A DNA stretch of 64,000 nucleotides from an uncultured Burkholderiales bacterium (GCA_951812315.1 CATOSA010000036.1:1237-65236), one strand, 5' to 3'; counted from the first letter of the stretch, positions 1-11,647 are shown. Program-made: numbers and translations. Notes: a model not told the origin generated them from the letters alone.

Positions 1-204
1 GACGGCGCCGCTCAGCGTCACCGAGCGCGGAATCTCAATCGGCTGTTTTGGTGTTTTCGTCACACTGCGTACGTTGGCGTTAAGCGCGGCGCGTTGCTTT
101 GGCGTATAGAACAATCGCCCGAGCGCATTGTCCTTGGCAATGGCCGCATGCGTGGACACGACGGCAAGTACTGCAAGAAAAAACACGTGATACAGGAATT
201 TCAT
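1..204 (-). CDS. MSHA/T4P-locus exported protein (MshK/PilP-like), 3' end cut by window edge
   Basis: Manual translation from ATG 204: MKFLYHVFFLAVLAVVSTHAAIAKDNALGRLFYTPKQRAAL...; signal peptide plus LGRLFxTPxQR motif; overlaps the upstream stop. Confidence 0.7.
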   Translation of the reverse strand, partial: MKFLYHVFFLAVLAVVSTHAAIAKDNALGRLFYTPKQRAALNANVRSVTKTPKQPIEIPRSVTLSGAV

Positions 205-812
205 GATTCGTCCTGTACTGGCGGCTGCATTGTGATCCATTCGATCTGGCAGCTTGCGCTCAAATTGCGAGTGCGCGGTTGTGGCTTGTCGTTGTGAGCG
301 GGTTCCAGCGAGCACGACCGCAACGAGTAAGTGCCGACTTGCTTGCTCTCGAGTGCCTCGACGAACCGGAGGAAATGTCCTTCATGGACCGCCCCGAAAC
401 GAATGTCCATGGTCGATTCTCGCAAATGGGTGGCGATCGGTTCGTCCGAAAGCATGCCTGTATAGGTGCCCTGAGCGCTCAGCCGATATTGCACGCCGAA
501 GTTTCCCAGGCTGCGGTCAACCGTGCGCAGCGTATCAATCCACTTCAGTCGATTTTCAGAGCCGATAAATCCGCGTGCTTGCAGCGCCCTGTATTCCGGC
601 AGGTACTGCGCAATCATCGCCTTTTCGATATCCGAGTCCTGATAGCGGCGCTGCGCTTCGTTGGTATTGATTCGTGCCATGCGTACGCGCTCGGCGGCCG
701 CAGCGAACTTGTCCTCGGAAAAGTCGATCAACAGCACTGTGAAGATGACCGAAGCGATCAGCGCGGCGACCGGTATTCTTATCGGTTTCAGATCTTTGCG
801 GTCGAATTTCAT
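201..812 (-). CDS. PilO/MshJ-like pilus assembly inner-membrane protein
   Basis: N-terminal TM, coiled coil, position in operon. Confidence 0.65.
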   Translation of the reverse strand: MKFDRKDLKPIRIPVAALIASVIFTVLLIDFSEDKFAAAAERVRMARINTNEAQRRYQDSDIEKAMIAQYLPEYRALQARGFIGSENRLKWIDTLRTVDRSLGNFGVQYRLSAQGTYTGMLSDEPIATHLRESTMDIRFGAVHEGHFLRFVEALESKQVGTYSLRSCSLEPAHNDKPQPRTRNLSASCQIEWITMQPPVQDES

Positions 813-2361
813 TGCGAACCCGTCTCCGGATGCAGCACGACGGCGATCTGAAATGGAGCGCTTGCGCTGCCTTGTATGCTGGTTGTACTGCCGTTCAGAC
901 CGTTGGTCGGGTCGAGGTCAAGCGGCAGTCGCAACACGCCCACGTGAGCGACCCTTTCGTCACTGGCAATCCGGCGTATGAATGCACGAATGGCGGTCAG
1001 AGCGGCGCGATTGTCGCCTTCGTAGGAGCGTACTTCGGCAGAGACGATGCCGTACTGTGCAGCGCCATTCACAAGATTCGGGGTGAAGTCCACCGATTGA
1101 GGTCCTGATTGAATTTCGTCGGGGCGATCATGGTTCCACTCGATTCTGCCGAGCCCGATATTGGGGGCGTCAGTGAGTGCAGCGCCGAGCAGTGATAGCA
1201 ATGGCCGTGGTGTGCGCCGGTCCGCATCAATGCGTTTCGCCACTTCGACGCTGTCGCGCAATATCTGTGACGAGGCAGGGGCTTCAGGGAAATGTTCTGT
1301 AACTTCCTGGTAGCGCCTTTGGTAATTTCTCATCTCCTGTACAAGGCGCTCCGCCTCTGCTTCGCTGCGCATGACGCGAACACCGTCCACTGTTGCCCAC
1401 AATAGCCCGACCGCAACAATTGCTGCGGTTGCTGCATAGATGAATTTGCCGACGACGTGGACCTGCAAACGCGTTTTCAGGGTCGGCGGTGCCAGGTTCA
1501 TCGCGGGGCGGCCGTTTGCCAACAACTGAAGATGCAAGGCATCGGCGAAATTCGCCATGTCTGTTGCTGTCGTTCCGAGATGGCTTTGCAGCTCTGCCGG
1601 GCCGAACCGTACGCACTTCATGTTGGGTCGTTCGCGAGCGATTGCTTTCGGCAACTGCGCAAGCGAATCGTCCTGGTCGAGAATCAGCACTGTCACAATG
1701 TCATCGACGTGCGTCAGTGTCAGCGCGTCCAGATACATTCGGGTGCTATTGATTTCTTCCGAATACAGCGAAGTATTTTGCTCGCCGTCATCACGCGTCG
1801 GCGTAAGGCGACTGACGAGCATTTTGAGACCCTTGCAGAACGTTTGCCGAAGGCCGGATTCATTCTTGCTCACCAGCAACAGGTCGGTTTGTTCGAGCTT
1901 CAGTCCGTCTATGATTGACAGCGCCACGACCGGCAGAAGGTAGATGCCGGCAACCGGCACCTTCAGCGCGTTTACGATTTTCAGCCATGGTGTGAGCAAC
2001 TCGGGACGCGTGATGGCTGCGAACAGATACTGATTCTCCCGGCGCCGGCCAACGATGTGGTCTTGTAGTGCAGCGGAGGCGAACTGTGTGCCTCTGTGAA
2101 GAGTTGGCGTTGTTTGCGTGTTATCAGCTGCCGGCGGTCACCGCTCGGTGCGTGCGGCAGCTTTTCGATCCGGTAATCCTCGTCAATGGAATCGGCCATG
2201 ATGCTGACCGTCGACCTTGGCCAGCGACGAACGTAGGCTTCAAAAGCCGACCACCCTTGTTCATCGTTCCCGAATTTGCGTATATCGGTAAGCCGACCGC
2301 GCCGCGATATCGCCGCAGTCGCATTTTCCGCTGATACACACATGACGATTCTGACTGCCAT
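809..2361 (-). pseudogene. PilM/PilN-like pilus assembly protein, frameshifted near 2090
   Basis: ORFs 1981-2361 and 809-1999 join if the frame shifts at ...LF|RGTQFASAALQ...YLFAAITRPELLTPW. Confidence 0.7.
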
Positions 2362-2369
2362 AGCTATGT

Positions 2370-3575
2370 TCAGAGATCCAGTTGTCCGAGCATTTCGTAC
2401 AACGGCGTGAGCACCGAAAACAGAATGAGTGCGAGGATGATGCCCAACACCAGCGTCAATGTGGGCTCAAGTAGCTTAAGTGCTTTTTCCACCGACTCAT
2501 TGACGTCGCGATTGTAGAAATAGGTAATGTTAAGTAGCGCTGTATCCAGCGCCCCGGTCGCTTCTCCGACGCGCAACATGCGCACCACCAACGGGGGAAA
2601 CATACCGAGATTCTGAAATGCTTCGGAAAGATTCTCGCCGGCGTTTATTTGCTGGCCTGCGCGGCGCAGTCCGTCAGCAACATATACGTTGTCGACAATA
2701 TCCTCACTTGTGCGCATGGCGTCCAGTACGGTGATACCGGAGCGATACATGAGGGCAAAGAAATTGGCAAAGCGGGCGAGAAGTATTTTTTCGAGAATCC
2801 GTCCAATGATCGGAAGCCGCAAGATCAGGTAGTCAAACGCATATTTGGCGCGCGTATTGGTTCGCACGACTGTTGTCGCAATGATGCTGGCGAGCACGGC
2901 CAGGATCAGTACCAGCCACCAGTAATTGGCAGTGATGTCGGAAAGCGCGATAAGCACCCGTGTTTGCAGTGGCAGATCCAGACCCATGGTTGTTAGAAGC
3001 CCGACCATTTTTGGCACCAGATACAGCAAAAGAAAGATAACGACAGCGCCCACGACGACGAATACCAGAGCCGGATACATCAGCAGTTTGCGTGTTTGTG
3101 CAATGAGCTCGTCCTGCCAGCGCAAGGTAGTGCCAAGATTTTCGAACACCTCGGTCAATTGACCAGAGATCTCCCCGGCGCGTATCAGGCTGACAAATAC
3201 TTTGCTGAATGCCTGCGGGTACGCGGCGAACGATTCGGACAAGGTTTTGCCGCCCTCGATATCTTCCAGAATCGAGGTGAGGATGTCGCGAAATCCTGGA
3301 TTGTCGAGCCCGTCGCGCAGGTCGCGCAAGCCGTCCACGATTGGAATACTCGCGCGCGATACCTGCTCCATGTCAAAGCAGAAAGTGATCAGGTCTTGAC
3401 GGGTGATGCTGCCGTTGCCGGTCGAAGGCGCATTGCGCGCGGTCGTTTTGGAGGTGATCAGATCCAGGCCCATCTTGCGCAGGCGCAGCTCGAGATCGAC
3501 TTCGTTGAAGGCGTCCAGCCGCCCGCGTGCGTGATGCCCGTCTGCGTCAATTGCCTTGTACTGATACGAGGGCAT
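2370..3575 (-). CDS. Type II secretion F / PilC / MshG platform protein
   Basis: Two T2SSF repeats (LIRAGEISGQL, MLRVGEATGAL), three TMs. Confidence 0.92.
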   Translation of the reverse strand: MPSYQYKAIDADGHHARGRLDAFNEVDLELRLRKMGLDLITSKTTARNAPSTGNGSITRQDLITFCFDMEQVSRASIPIVDGLRDLRDGLDNPGFRDILTSILEDIEGGKTLSESFAAYPQAFSKVFVSLIRAGEISGQLTEVFENLGTTLRWQDELIAQTRKLLMYPALVFVVVGAVVIFLLLYLVPKMVGLLTTMGLDLPLQTRVLIALSDITANYWWLVLILAVLASIIATTVVRTNTRAKYAFDYLILRLPIIGRILEKILLARFANFFALMYRSGITVLDAMRTSEDIVDNVYVADGLRRAGQQINAGENLSEAFQNLGMFPPLVVRMLRVGEATGALDTALLNITYFYNRDVNESVEKALKLLEPTLTLVLGIILALILFSVLTPLYEMLGQLDL

Positions 3576-3656
3576 TTCGCTATTTCCCGGTGTTCCCCGG
3601 CAGTGTGCGTTGCGTGAGGTCTGTCGGCGCCATGTCGGGTGGTTGCCTCACGAGTG

Positions 3657-5363
3657 TCACTGTGCGCGCGAAGTCAGGTCGATGGCGCGAGCCACTTCCG
3701 ACAAGCTGGTGACGCCCTCTACAACCCGTTGCAGTCCTTCTTCTGCAAGCGGGCGAAATCCCTTTGACATTGCAGCTTCGCGCAATTCGCGGGTGGTCGC
3801 ACGGCGCGCAACAAGTTCGTCCATATCTGCATCCATATGCAGAATTTCGAGCACGGCGCTGCGCCCCTTGTAACCGCGGTGATTGCATTTCGGGCAACCA
3901 ACTGGTCGATAGAGTTTTTGATCGGGTCCGATGTGCTGCCCGAGCAGAATGCGCTCTTCTTCGTTGGGCAAGTAGGCCTCCTTGCAGTGGGTGCACAGTG
4001 AACGAACCAGACGCTGCGCCAGCACGCCGATAATATTCCCGGCCATGATGTCGGGCACGATTCCAATATCGAGCAAGCGCGGAAAAGTCCCGAGGGCGGA
4101 GTTGGTATGCAAGGTCGTGAATACCTGGTGACCAGTCATCGCTGCGCGAAACGCCATTTCCGCAGTGTCCTTGTCACGCACCTCGCCGACCAGAATGATG
4201 TCCGGATCCTGGCGCATCATAGAGCGAATGCCGCTGGCAAAGTCCACCCGCGCGGATTCATTCACGGACGTCTGGCGCATCAGCGTAACCGGATACTCGA
4301 CCGGGTCCTCGAGCGTCATAATATTCACCGATTCGACGTTCAGTTTGGCGAGCATCGAGTACAGTGTCGTTGTTTTTCCGCTGCCGGTCGGACCGGTGAT
4401 GATCAGAATGCCTTCAGGGCGGGCGAGCATGAGGTTGAGCTTGCTCGTCGCGTCATTCGGCAGTCGCATATTCTCCAGTGAAATGATCGATTTTTCCCTG
4501 TCGAGTACGCGTAGCACGACGTTCTCGCCCCAGATGGTCGGCTGCGAGGAGACCCGGAAGTCCACTGGCCGGCCGTTCAGATTTAGCGAGATACGGCCGT
4601 CCTGTGGTGCGCGCGTTTCGGCAATGTTCATTCCGCTGATCACTTTCAGCCGCACTGCAATTCCAGCCCAGTAGTTCTTGTGAAGGCTGCGCACCTGTTC
4701 AAGAACGCCATCGACCCGATAGCGGATTCGCAGGAACGCGTATTCAGGTTCGAAGTGAATGTCCGAGGTGCCCCGTTTGACGGCATCCACCAGAAGTGCC
4801 CCGACGAGGCGGACAATTGGCTGCGTGTATTCGTCACTGCTTTCTTGTTGCAGACTCTGATAATCGATTTCGCCGGTCTCGATCTCGCGCAGAATTCCGT
4901 CCACCGAAAGTTCGAACCCGTAGAAGTGATCGATGAACTCGTCGAGCTGTGCCTGGCCTGCCAGCACTGTTTTGATCTGCACGCGGCTGCCGACCATTGC
5001 TCGCAACTGGTCGAGTGCCGAAAGGTTGAATACTTCGGTGATCGCGATGATCAGCTGATTTTCCTGGGCGTCGAGCGCGATCGGCAGCAATCGATGTCGT
5101 CTGGCAAAATCCTGCGGTACCAGATTCAGGGCTTCCGCGTCGACCAGGACCTGGCCAAGGTCGATACTTTCCTGGCCAATCGTGCGCGCCATGATGTCGC
5201 GTATCACCGCCTCGGTGACAAAACCGAGTTGAACAAGCAGTCTCCCGATCGGGATCTTCTGGTCGCCTTGTTCGGTCAGTGCGATACGTAGCTGATCCTG
5301 GGTAATCAATCCCTGCTGGATCAGAAGTTCGCCTAGACGGAGCTTCTTCCGTTGCTCGGCCAT
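3657..5363 (-). CDS. GspE/PilB/MshE assembly ATPase with N-terminal MshEN domain
   Basis: Walker A GPTGSGKT, LVGEVRD, CxxC...CxxC, RLGELLIQQGLITQDQLRIALTEQ. Confidence 0.93.
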   Translation of the reverse strand: MAEQRKKLRLGELLIQQGLITQDQLRIALTEQGDQKIPIGRLLVQLGFVTEAVIRDIMARTIGQESIDLGQVLVDAEALNLVPQDFARRHRLLPIALDAQENQLIIAITEVFNLSALDQLRAMVGSRVQIKTVLAGQAQLDEFIDHFYGFELSVDGILREIETGEIDYQSLQQESSDEYTQPIVRLVGALLVDAVKRGTSDIHFEPEYAFLRIRYRVDGVLEQVRSLHKNYWAGIAVRLKVISGMNIAETRAPQDGRISLNLNGRPVDFRVSSQPTIWGENVVLRVLDREKSIISLENMRLPNDATSKLNLMLARPEGILIITGPTGSGKTTTLYSMLAKLNVESVNIMTLEDPVEYPVTLMRQTSVNESARVDFASGIRSMMRQDPDIILVGEVRDKDTAEMAFRAAMTGHQVFTTLHTNSALGTFPRLLDIGIVPDIMAGNIIGVLAQRLVRSLCTHCKEAYLPNEEERILLGQHIGPDQKLYRPVGCPKCNHRGYKGRSAVLEILHMDADMDELVARRATTRELREAAMSKGFRPLAEEGLQRVVEGVTSLSEVARAIDLTSRAQ

Positions 5364-5378
5364 TGCTTGTGCCCGCTT

Positions 5379-6726
5379 TTAGTCGACCCGCGCCGAGAGC
5401 TGGCCGACGCGTTCGATAGCGAGTCCTTGATCGAAGTTCGCGCGCAATGCGATAGTACTGCAGGGCCGGTCGGGCTTGTCCCAGATGCTCGAGACCTACC
5501 GCCAGATTAAACGCATAGTCGGAGTTGTCGGGCTGAAACTGATACGCCTGGAAGTAGGCATCCTGGGCGCGTGACCACTTTCCCTGCTCGGCATATAGAT
5601 TGCCGAGCGTGAAGTAGAGGAATCCCGACGGTTCGCGTGTGATTAATTGCTTGAGTTTGCTTTCTGCAGGAACCGGGTCCGCGTTGCCAAGAAGCGCGAT
5701 CAACCCCGCCTGGGCATAGCTGTTCCGGGGTTCCAACTCCAGAACCCGAGCGTAATACTGACTCGCGGCATCGGTACGGCCCTGTCTTCACGAGATTGCC
5801 GCCATGCCCAATAGCGCATCAACGCTATCAGCATCGCGCGCGAGCACCCTGACGTAGAACGAGCGCGCGTCCTCATACTGACCCCTTTGTATGGCCTCGT
5901 AGGCTGCCAACAGCATCGAGTCGATTGGCGAAACCGTTGCTTCCTGTTGTTTCACCCAAATATTCTGGCTCGAATCGGGTTGATCGGCCGAATCGTCATT
6001 GAGACTCGGCGAAGCCGGAATATCAACTGTTTCGACAGCATTGCTGTCCACGGCATATTCATTAACCGGCGTGGTCCTGGACACGGCCCGGCTCGGGCGA
6101 ATTGCGCGTTCCGGCTCGGTCGCTGGCTCCGCGCCGGACGCGATCGTGCCGGTAAATGTCGCGCTTGATGCAGTCGTGCCGGATTCGCCACCAGCGGGCT
6201 CGGTAATGCCAGCGGCGGCTGCGCCCGGCCGCGCTTCGTTTGTGTCTTCTGACCGATTTTCAGGCGTCCCGGCGATCGGCAATCCGGAAATGCGCGCCGG
6301 CTTGCTTGCCATTTCAATCGGCGGCGCAATTGCGGCGCCGTGAATCGGAGCGCTTGACGGGATCGGTGACGACCGGAACATGCCCGGATTGGATACCTGA
6401 ATATAGACATAGAGGCCGTAACCGATTGCGAACAGCGCCGCCAATGCCATAAACGACAGCATATGGTGGTCTTGCACCCAGTTCAGCGCCGAATAGCGGG
6501 GCGTGTCATTGGCTTGCAGCACATCGGTCGCATATTCCGGTGATGCCGGCGGCTCTGTCAGCTCAGGTTCCAGCGGAACAGACGCGGACGATGACCCTGG
6601 CCGCGTATCGGCCAATGGTTCGAGCGATAAATCCCTCAGGTCGTCCGCCTCCACCGAGGCGGTCATGCCTTGGTCGCCGACATGATTCTTAGAAGCTTTT
6701 TGCCGCGCCTCCAGAAGCAGGCTCAT
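5379..6726 (-). pseudogene. MshN-like TPR protein with in-frame TGA (5788-5790) and a 3' frameshift
   Basis: Frame continues LGMAAIS*RQGRTDAASQYYARVLELEPRN; a natural-looking end ANFDQGLAIERVGQLSARVD* lies in another frame. Confidence 0.75.
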
Positions 6727-8549
6727 GGATTCTCGCCGGTCGGATCAATCGTTGGCAGCAAGCGCTGAAAAAACCGCAACTCGTCGCTGTCCAGAGTCGG
6801 ATTGGAAATCACCGTCACTTTCAGAAACACAATGAGTTCGTTCTTGGTGACTTCTTCGTCACGGTAGGCAAAGACGTCGCCAACATTGGGTAAGTCTCCG
6901 ACGAATGGCACCTGGTCGCGGTCACGCCGCACGTTGTCTTGCATCAGTCCGCCAAGCACGACCGTTTTTTGGCCGCTGCCGACCTGGAGCATTGACTCCA
7001 TTTCCCGAGTCTGAATTTCCGGGACCGGATTGGTGACGTTGGCCGCCGCAAGCGCAGGATTCGGATCGTTTACGAATCGTACGACCCGCGAAATGGTTGG
7101 CCGAATCGTCATGCTGACCATGCCATCTTCCGATATTTGCGGCATCACAGACATCACCAGGCCGACGGGAACCGTGCGCACGCTGGTGTCGAAGGTTTGC
7201 GTAACCGGTGCATTGACGTTGTTAATGGTTTCGACTTCAACTTCAAAGTAAACGACGTTGTCGATCACTTTGAGCATGGCGGGTTGATTGTTCAGCGCCA
7301 TGATTTTCGGGCTGGACAGGACCCGCGTATTGCCGAATTGCTGCAACAACGCAATTGACGCCGATATGTTGCCGACTGCGGAGGTGGGGTTGGCATAACC
7401 GATGAGCATGCGTGGCGCTGCGCTCAGGTTGCCGGCAAGCAATTCCTGATCAAACGAAAAACCGGTTCCGCCGGCAACGCGGCTCCAGTCCACACCGGCC
7501 TGATATTCGTTGGACAGTTGTACTTCGGCAATGGTGGCTTCGATCAGCACCTGGCGTTGCGTAGACGTCGTAATGCCGTCCAGATAGCGTTGCACCAGTT
7601 GCTGTTGTTTTTCCGTGCCAAGTACTGTGATGGACCCGGCGACCTCGTTGATGACGACCTTGTCCTTGGTGTCGATGCGGGCGGCCTGAGACGGTCCGAA
7701 CGCGGTATCAAACAGGCCGGCTGCGTTTGGGCCGGCGCTTGCGACTGCTTCAGCCTGGGCAATCCGGTCCTTCTTTGCCTGTTGCTCGGCTTGCGCCCGG
7801 GCGGCCTTTTGGTCAGCCGTGGCAGCGAGCGCATTCGTAACGGAAAGAATGCTTTCGAGATTGGCCCGTAGCACATTCCAGAAATCGACGTCCGATTGCG
7901 ATCCGATTGTCGTGCTCGATGACCCGCTATCGCCGCCACCCTGGTTGTCGCCAGCCGTCGCCGTCGTAATGTCGCCCCTGACCCCGAGACTGCCTGTGGA
8001 ATTCCTATTTACATTCACATAATCAATGAGATAGGTCTTGAAGTACTGGGTATCCGGAACGACAAGAATTGTCTTGCCCTTCGTTTCATAGCGGATACTC
8101 ACCTGATTCGAAATCCGTTCAAGAATCGCCGGAAATGTTTCATCAATGGCGTTCAAACTGACCACACCCTGAACGCTCGGATGAACGTCGATGTTCTGCT
8201 TGGTATCCCTGGCAAGCGCAAACAACAGCTCTTTTACCGGCACTTCATTGACGACCACGCTGTAGGTCGGCAGTTTGACTTGCGGTTTGGGGCGTGGAAT
8301 ATAGTCGCTGACCGTGACCAGCGGCGGAATCGCCTCGTCCTTTGGCGTCAGTTCCACCGTGTCCTTGCTGATGTGGGCTTCCGATGGCGGGATTGTCGGT
8401 TTGTACGACGCGCATGAAGACAGTAGCGCGAGCGCAGTGAAGATTCCAAGCCACGTCGAAGCCATTTTGCGGCGTGAAATCCCCGGCAGCGCAACATTGA
8501 CCATCCCGCGAGCGGCTGGCGCAGCCACTGAACAATCGTCTGCCGGCAT
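6723..8549 (-). CDS. MshL/GspD-type secretin lipoprotein
   Basis: Lipobox LLSSC, QVLIEATIAEV, VLSSPKIMALNNQPA, ELIVFLK; start uncertain. Confidence 0.9.
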   Translation of the reverse strand: MPADDCSVAAPAARGMVNVALPGISRRKMASTWLGIFTALALLSSCASYKPTIPPSEAHISKDTVELTPKDEAIPPLVTVSDYIPRPKPQVKLPTYSVVVNEVPVKELLFALARDTKQNIDVHPSVQGVVSLNAIDETFPAILERISNQVSIRYETKGKTILVVPDTQYFKTYLIDYVNVNRNSTGSLGVRGDITTATAGDNQGGGDSGSSSTTIGSQSDVDFWNVLRANLESILSVTNALAATADQKAARAQAEQQAKKDRIAQAEAVASAGPNAAGLFDTAFGPSQAARIDTKDKVVINEVAGSITVLGTEKQQQLVQRYLDGITTSTQRQVLIEATIAEVQLSNEYQAGVDWSRVAGGTGFSFDQELLAGNLSAAPRMLIGYANPTSAVGNISASIALLQQFGNTRVLSSPKIMALNNQPAMLKVIDNVVYFEVEVETINNVNAPVTQTFDTSVRTVPVGLVMSVMPQISEDGMVSMTIRPTISRVVRFVNDPNPALAAANVTNPVPEIQTREMESMLQVGSGQKTVVLGGLMQDNVRRDRDQVPFVGDLPNVGDVFAYRDEEVTKNELIVFLKVTVISNPTLDSDELRFFQRLLPTIDPTGENP

Positions 8550-8568
8550 GGTGACTTCGATCAAAATG

Positions 8569-10114
8569 TCAATAATCCTGCCAGTCGGCGGTACCCGCTT
8601 TGGCTGTCGGGGATCCGAGCGCGATCCCGGCGCGGGCGATTTCCGCGCGCACGCTCCCAACCGTCCGGAAATACGGGCGGTTGATACTGATTGGTTCGGG
8701 TAGCTCCTGAATCTCCCTATTTGCCTCCGTGCGAGTACCGTATGTCCCCAACACTACGGTAAAAGAAGGTCTTTGATTAGCAATAGTACGGTACACAAAA
8801 ACTCTTTCTATATCAACGTATTCGCGAAGTTTGTTTAGATCTTGCCGGAGAATTTCGGTATTGCTGGAACCGAGTAGCTGAATTGTGAAACTGCTGTCCT
8901 CCGTTGCGGCCAGCCAGCGCTCTGTTTCACTCAATCTTTGTGCCAGCACATCTGTTGGTTTCGATGATTCTTGTGCTGACGGGCCAGTCGCGTTGTTGGA
9001 TTTCTCATGCGATTGATTTGCCGTTGCTGGCAGTTGTGGTTAGCGCTTTCGCCTGGGGATTTGGCGGCAGCGATTCGTCGACATGTTCGACGGGCGGGTC
9101 GGTTGTCGAGGTTGAGGCGTAACGCGGGCCTGCGATTGGCTTCGGGGCAATGTTTGATCGCGCGTCACTGATTTCCATGAAGCCGATCGCTTCATGCTGG
9201 CGAATTTGCCTTAACGCAACCAGCGCGGCGAGCCCAATTACCCCGCCGATCAGCGCGCCAAGCATGATGTAGGTAAACGGTGACCGGCTACGTATGCCGG
9301 CGGAGACCGCGAACTCGCTATCGCGCACGGCGGCTTTCACGTGTTTGAGCGAAATGTTGTGGGTGTTATCGGCAAATGCTGCGAGGAATGCCTTGTCGGT
9401 GATGATATTGACGCGGCGGGTCAGGCCGGCGCTGATGCGGCTGATGTAACCAACGACGCGGCCATTGAATAGATCCGGTCCGCGATAACCTGCCGCGCGC
9501 AGCCGAAACATCAGGTAGGGGCGGACATCGGATACCGTAAACGGCGTCAACGTAAAACTGTGCGTGATTCTTTCGCGAAGCTGGCGAATTTCCGGCAAGC
9601 GGAGGTTGTCGTCGAGTTCGGGTTGGCCGAACAACACAATTTGCAACAGCTTGTGATGATTGGTTTCCAGGTTCGACAGCAGGCGCACTTCTTCAAGCGT
9701 CGCCAGCGGCATACTTTGCGACTCTTCGACAAACAGAACGACTTGCCGGCGCTGCGAATGCCGGTCCAACAGATAGTCGTTGAGCTGGTGCATGACTTCG
9801 ACGCGACTCGCATCTTTGTCGACAGTTAACTGCAGCTCGAACGCGATGGCATGCAGGATTTCCTGCGGGGATACGCTGGGGTTGGCGAGATAGACTGTCT
9901 CGATGTTCTCCGGCAGGCGCGTTTGCAGCATGCGGCACAGCATGGTCTTGCCGCTGCCTACTTCGCCGGTAACCTTGATCACTCCCTCACCCTGGGAGAT
10001 TGCGTAAATCAGCGCTTCAAGGATTGCACCCCGGTTTCCGCCTTCAAAAAACATATCCGTATCAGGCGTAATTTTGAACGGCGGCCGGGAGAGACCGAAG
10101 AAGCCGTAATACAT
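8569..10114 (-). pseudogene. ExeA/MshM-like AAA ATPase with C-terminal SPOR domain, apparently frameshifted at ~9005-9040
   Basis: MYYGFFGLSRPPFKITPD, GEVGSGKT, LQIVLFGQPEL; SPOR-like ORF 8569-8949 is open back to ~9040 in the adjacent frame; could be two genes. Confidence 0.6.
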
Positions 10115-10115
10115 T

Positions 10116-11573
10116 CTAGGTTTCGTCCCGCGGTACTTGTTCGTATCCTTGCATGCGGCTGTAGAGGGTGGTGCGGTGCATTCCCAGCAGTCTTGCGGCT
10201 TTGCTGAGATTCCCGTGCGTGATTTCGAGTGCCGCTTCTACGTAACTGCGTTCAAGATCTTTAAGCAACTGATCCAGATGTACGTTCTGTTGGCTTTGAA
10301 GATGTTTGCGAGCAGCGTCTATCGACAGCGACGAGTCGGAATCGGCAGCACCGTTCTGAGACGCTGCAGGTTCGGTCGACGCCGGATCGTCCCAGTCGAG
10401 TTCCGTGATCAGTTGGTCCGCGGTGACTGCTCTTTCGGGGTACTTGGTGCAAAGGCGAATCACGATATTGCGCAGTTCCCGCACATTGCCGGGGAAATTG
10501 TAGTCCAGCCACAATTTTGTTGCGACGGGATCCAGAGTGAATGGCTTGACGCCGCTTTGTTTTGCGTAAAACCCACCAAAATGATCCAGCAGCAGCAACT
10601 TGTCCAGGCCCATATCGCGTAACGCCGGAACTTGCACTGTGAACACGGACAGGCGGTGATACAGGTCGGCTCTGAAACGGCCTTCCTTGACCTCGGTGCG
10701 CAGATCGCGATTGGTCGCTGCAAGTACACGGGCATTGCTCAGCCGTGTTTGCGTTTCACCGACGCGCTGAAATTCTCCATTTTCAAGAACGCGTAGCAAC
10801 TTCGCCTGCAGTTCGAGCGGGAGCTCGCCAATTTCATCCAGAAACAGCGTGCCATCGCGGGCATCTTCGAAATAACCCGAGCGTGCGTTGCTGGCGCCTG
10901 TAAATGCCCCTTTGCTGTAACCGAACAAGGTCGGTTCGACCAGGGTCGGTGAGATCGCAGCGCAGTTCAGAGCCAGAAACGGCTTGTCGCTGCGCGGACT
11001 TTGCTGGTGCAATGAATTGGCGACCAGTTCCTTGCCGCTTCCGGACGCTCCTTCAACCAGTACAGGGAAGATTGAACCTGCGTACTGCGATATTTGCTGG
11101 TGTAGCAACGTAATTGCCGCGCCATTTCCAATCAATCCTGACTTGACTTCGACAGCACTTTGCTCGGCGACCGAGATCTCGCGGGCTTTTGCAAGCAGCG
11201 ATCTGAGCACTTCCGGCTCACAGGGCTTGGCAACAAATTCCATCGCGCCGAGTGTTCTTGCGTAGCGCGCATTGGACTCATCTGCTTGTCCCGAAAGGAC
11301 AATGATCTTCATCGACGGTGACGCAGCCAGCAGTTCGCCGATCAGGTGGAATCCTTCGTCCGGACGATGCGGCGCAGGAGGAAGACCAAGGTCGATGAGC
11401 GCGAGCTCCGGCGGCGAGTCCATTTGTCTGAGCAAACTCTTCACCTGCGTACGCGAGGCAGCGACGCGTACGCTGTAATCTTTGCCCAGCACATAGTCGA
11501 GCGTATCCGTGATCAACGGATCATCGTCAATAATGAGCAGTTCAGGTTTTTCGTTGGCAGCGGAGATATTCAC
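10116..11573 (-). CDS. Sigma54-dependent response regulator (NtrC family bEBP)
   Basis: Receiver domain, GASGSGKE, intact GAFTGA, FLDEIGE, Fis-type HTH. Confidence 0.93.
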   Translation of the reverse strand: MNISAANEKPELLIIDDDPLITDTLDYVLGKDYSVRVAASRTQVKSLLRQMDSPPELALIDLGLPPAPHRPDEGFHLIGELLAASPSMKIIVLSGQADESNARYARTLGAMEFVAKPCEPEVLRSLLAKAREISVAEQSAVEVKSGLIGNGAAITLLHQQISQYAGSIFPVLVEGASGSGKELVANSLHQQSPRSDKPFLALNCAAISPTLVEPTLFGYSKGAFTGASNARSGYFEDARDGTLFLDEIGELPLELQAKLLRVLENGEFQRVGETQTRLSNARVLAATNRDLRTEVKEGRFRADLYHRLSVFTVQVPALRDMGLDKLLLLDHFGGFYAKQSGVKPFTLDPVATKLWLDYNFPGNVRELRNIVIRLCTKYPERAVTADQLITELDWDDPASTEPAASQNGAADSDSSLSIDAARKHLQSQQNVHLDQLLKDLERSYVEAALEITHGNLSKAARLLGMHRTTLYSRMQGYEQVPRDET

Positions 11574-11603
11574 GTTAATCTACACGCATTTAAAATGCTA
11601 TCA

Positions 11604-11619
11604 TGCAACAATTGTGCCT
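11604..11619 (-). promoter_or_regulatory. Putative sigma54 -24/-12 promoter
   Basis: Minus strand AGGCAC-AATTG-TTGCA versus consensus TGGCAC-N5-TTGCA, 30 bp upstream of the bEBP start. Confidence 0.7.
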
Positions 11620-11647
11620 GAAAAACCTTGCAGTTCATATGTTTGCG

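Noticed and set aside
4834-5378. Arg-rich extension of the TPR ORF overlapping the ATPase
   Set aside because: Product of the frameshift; the plausible native stop is at 5379-5381.
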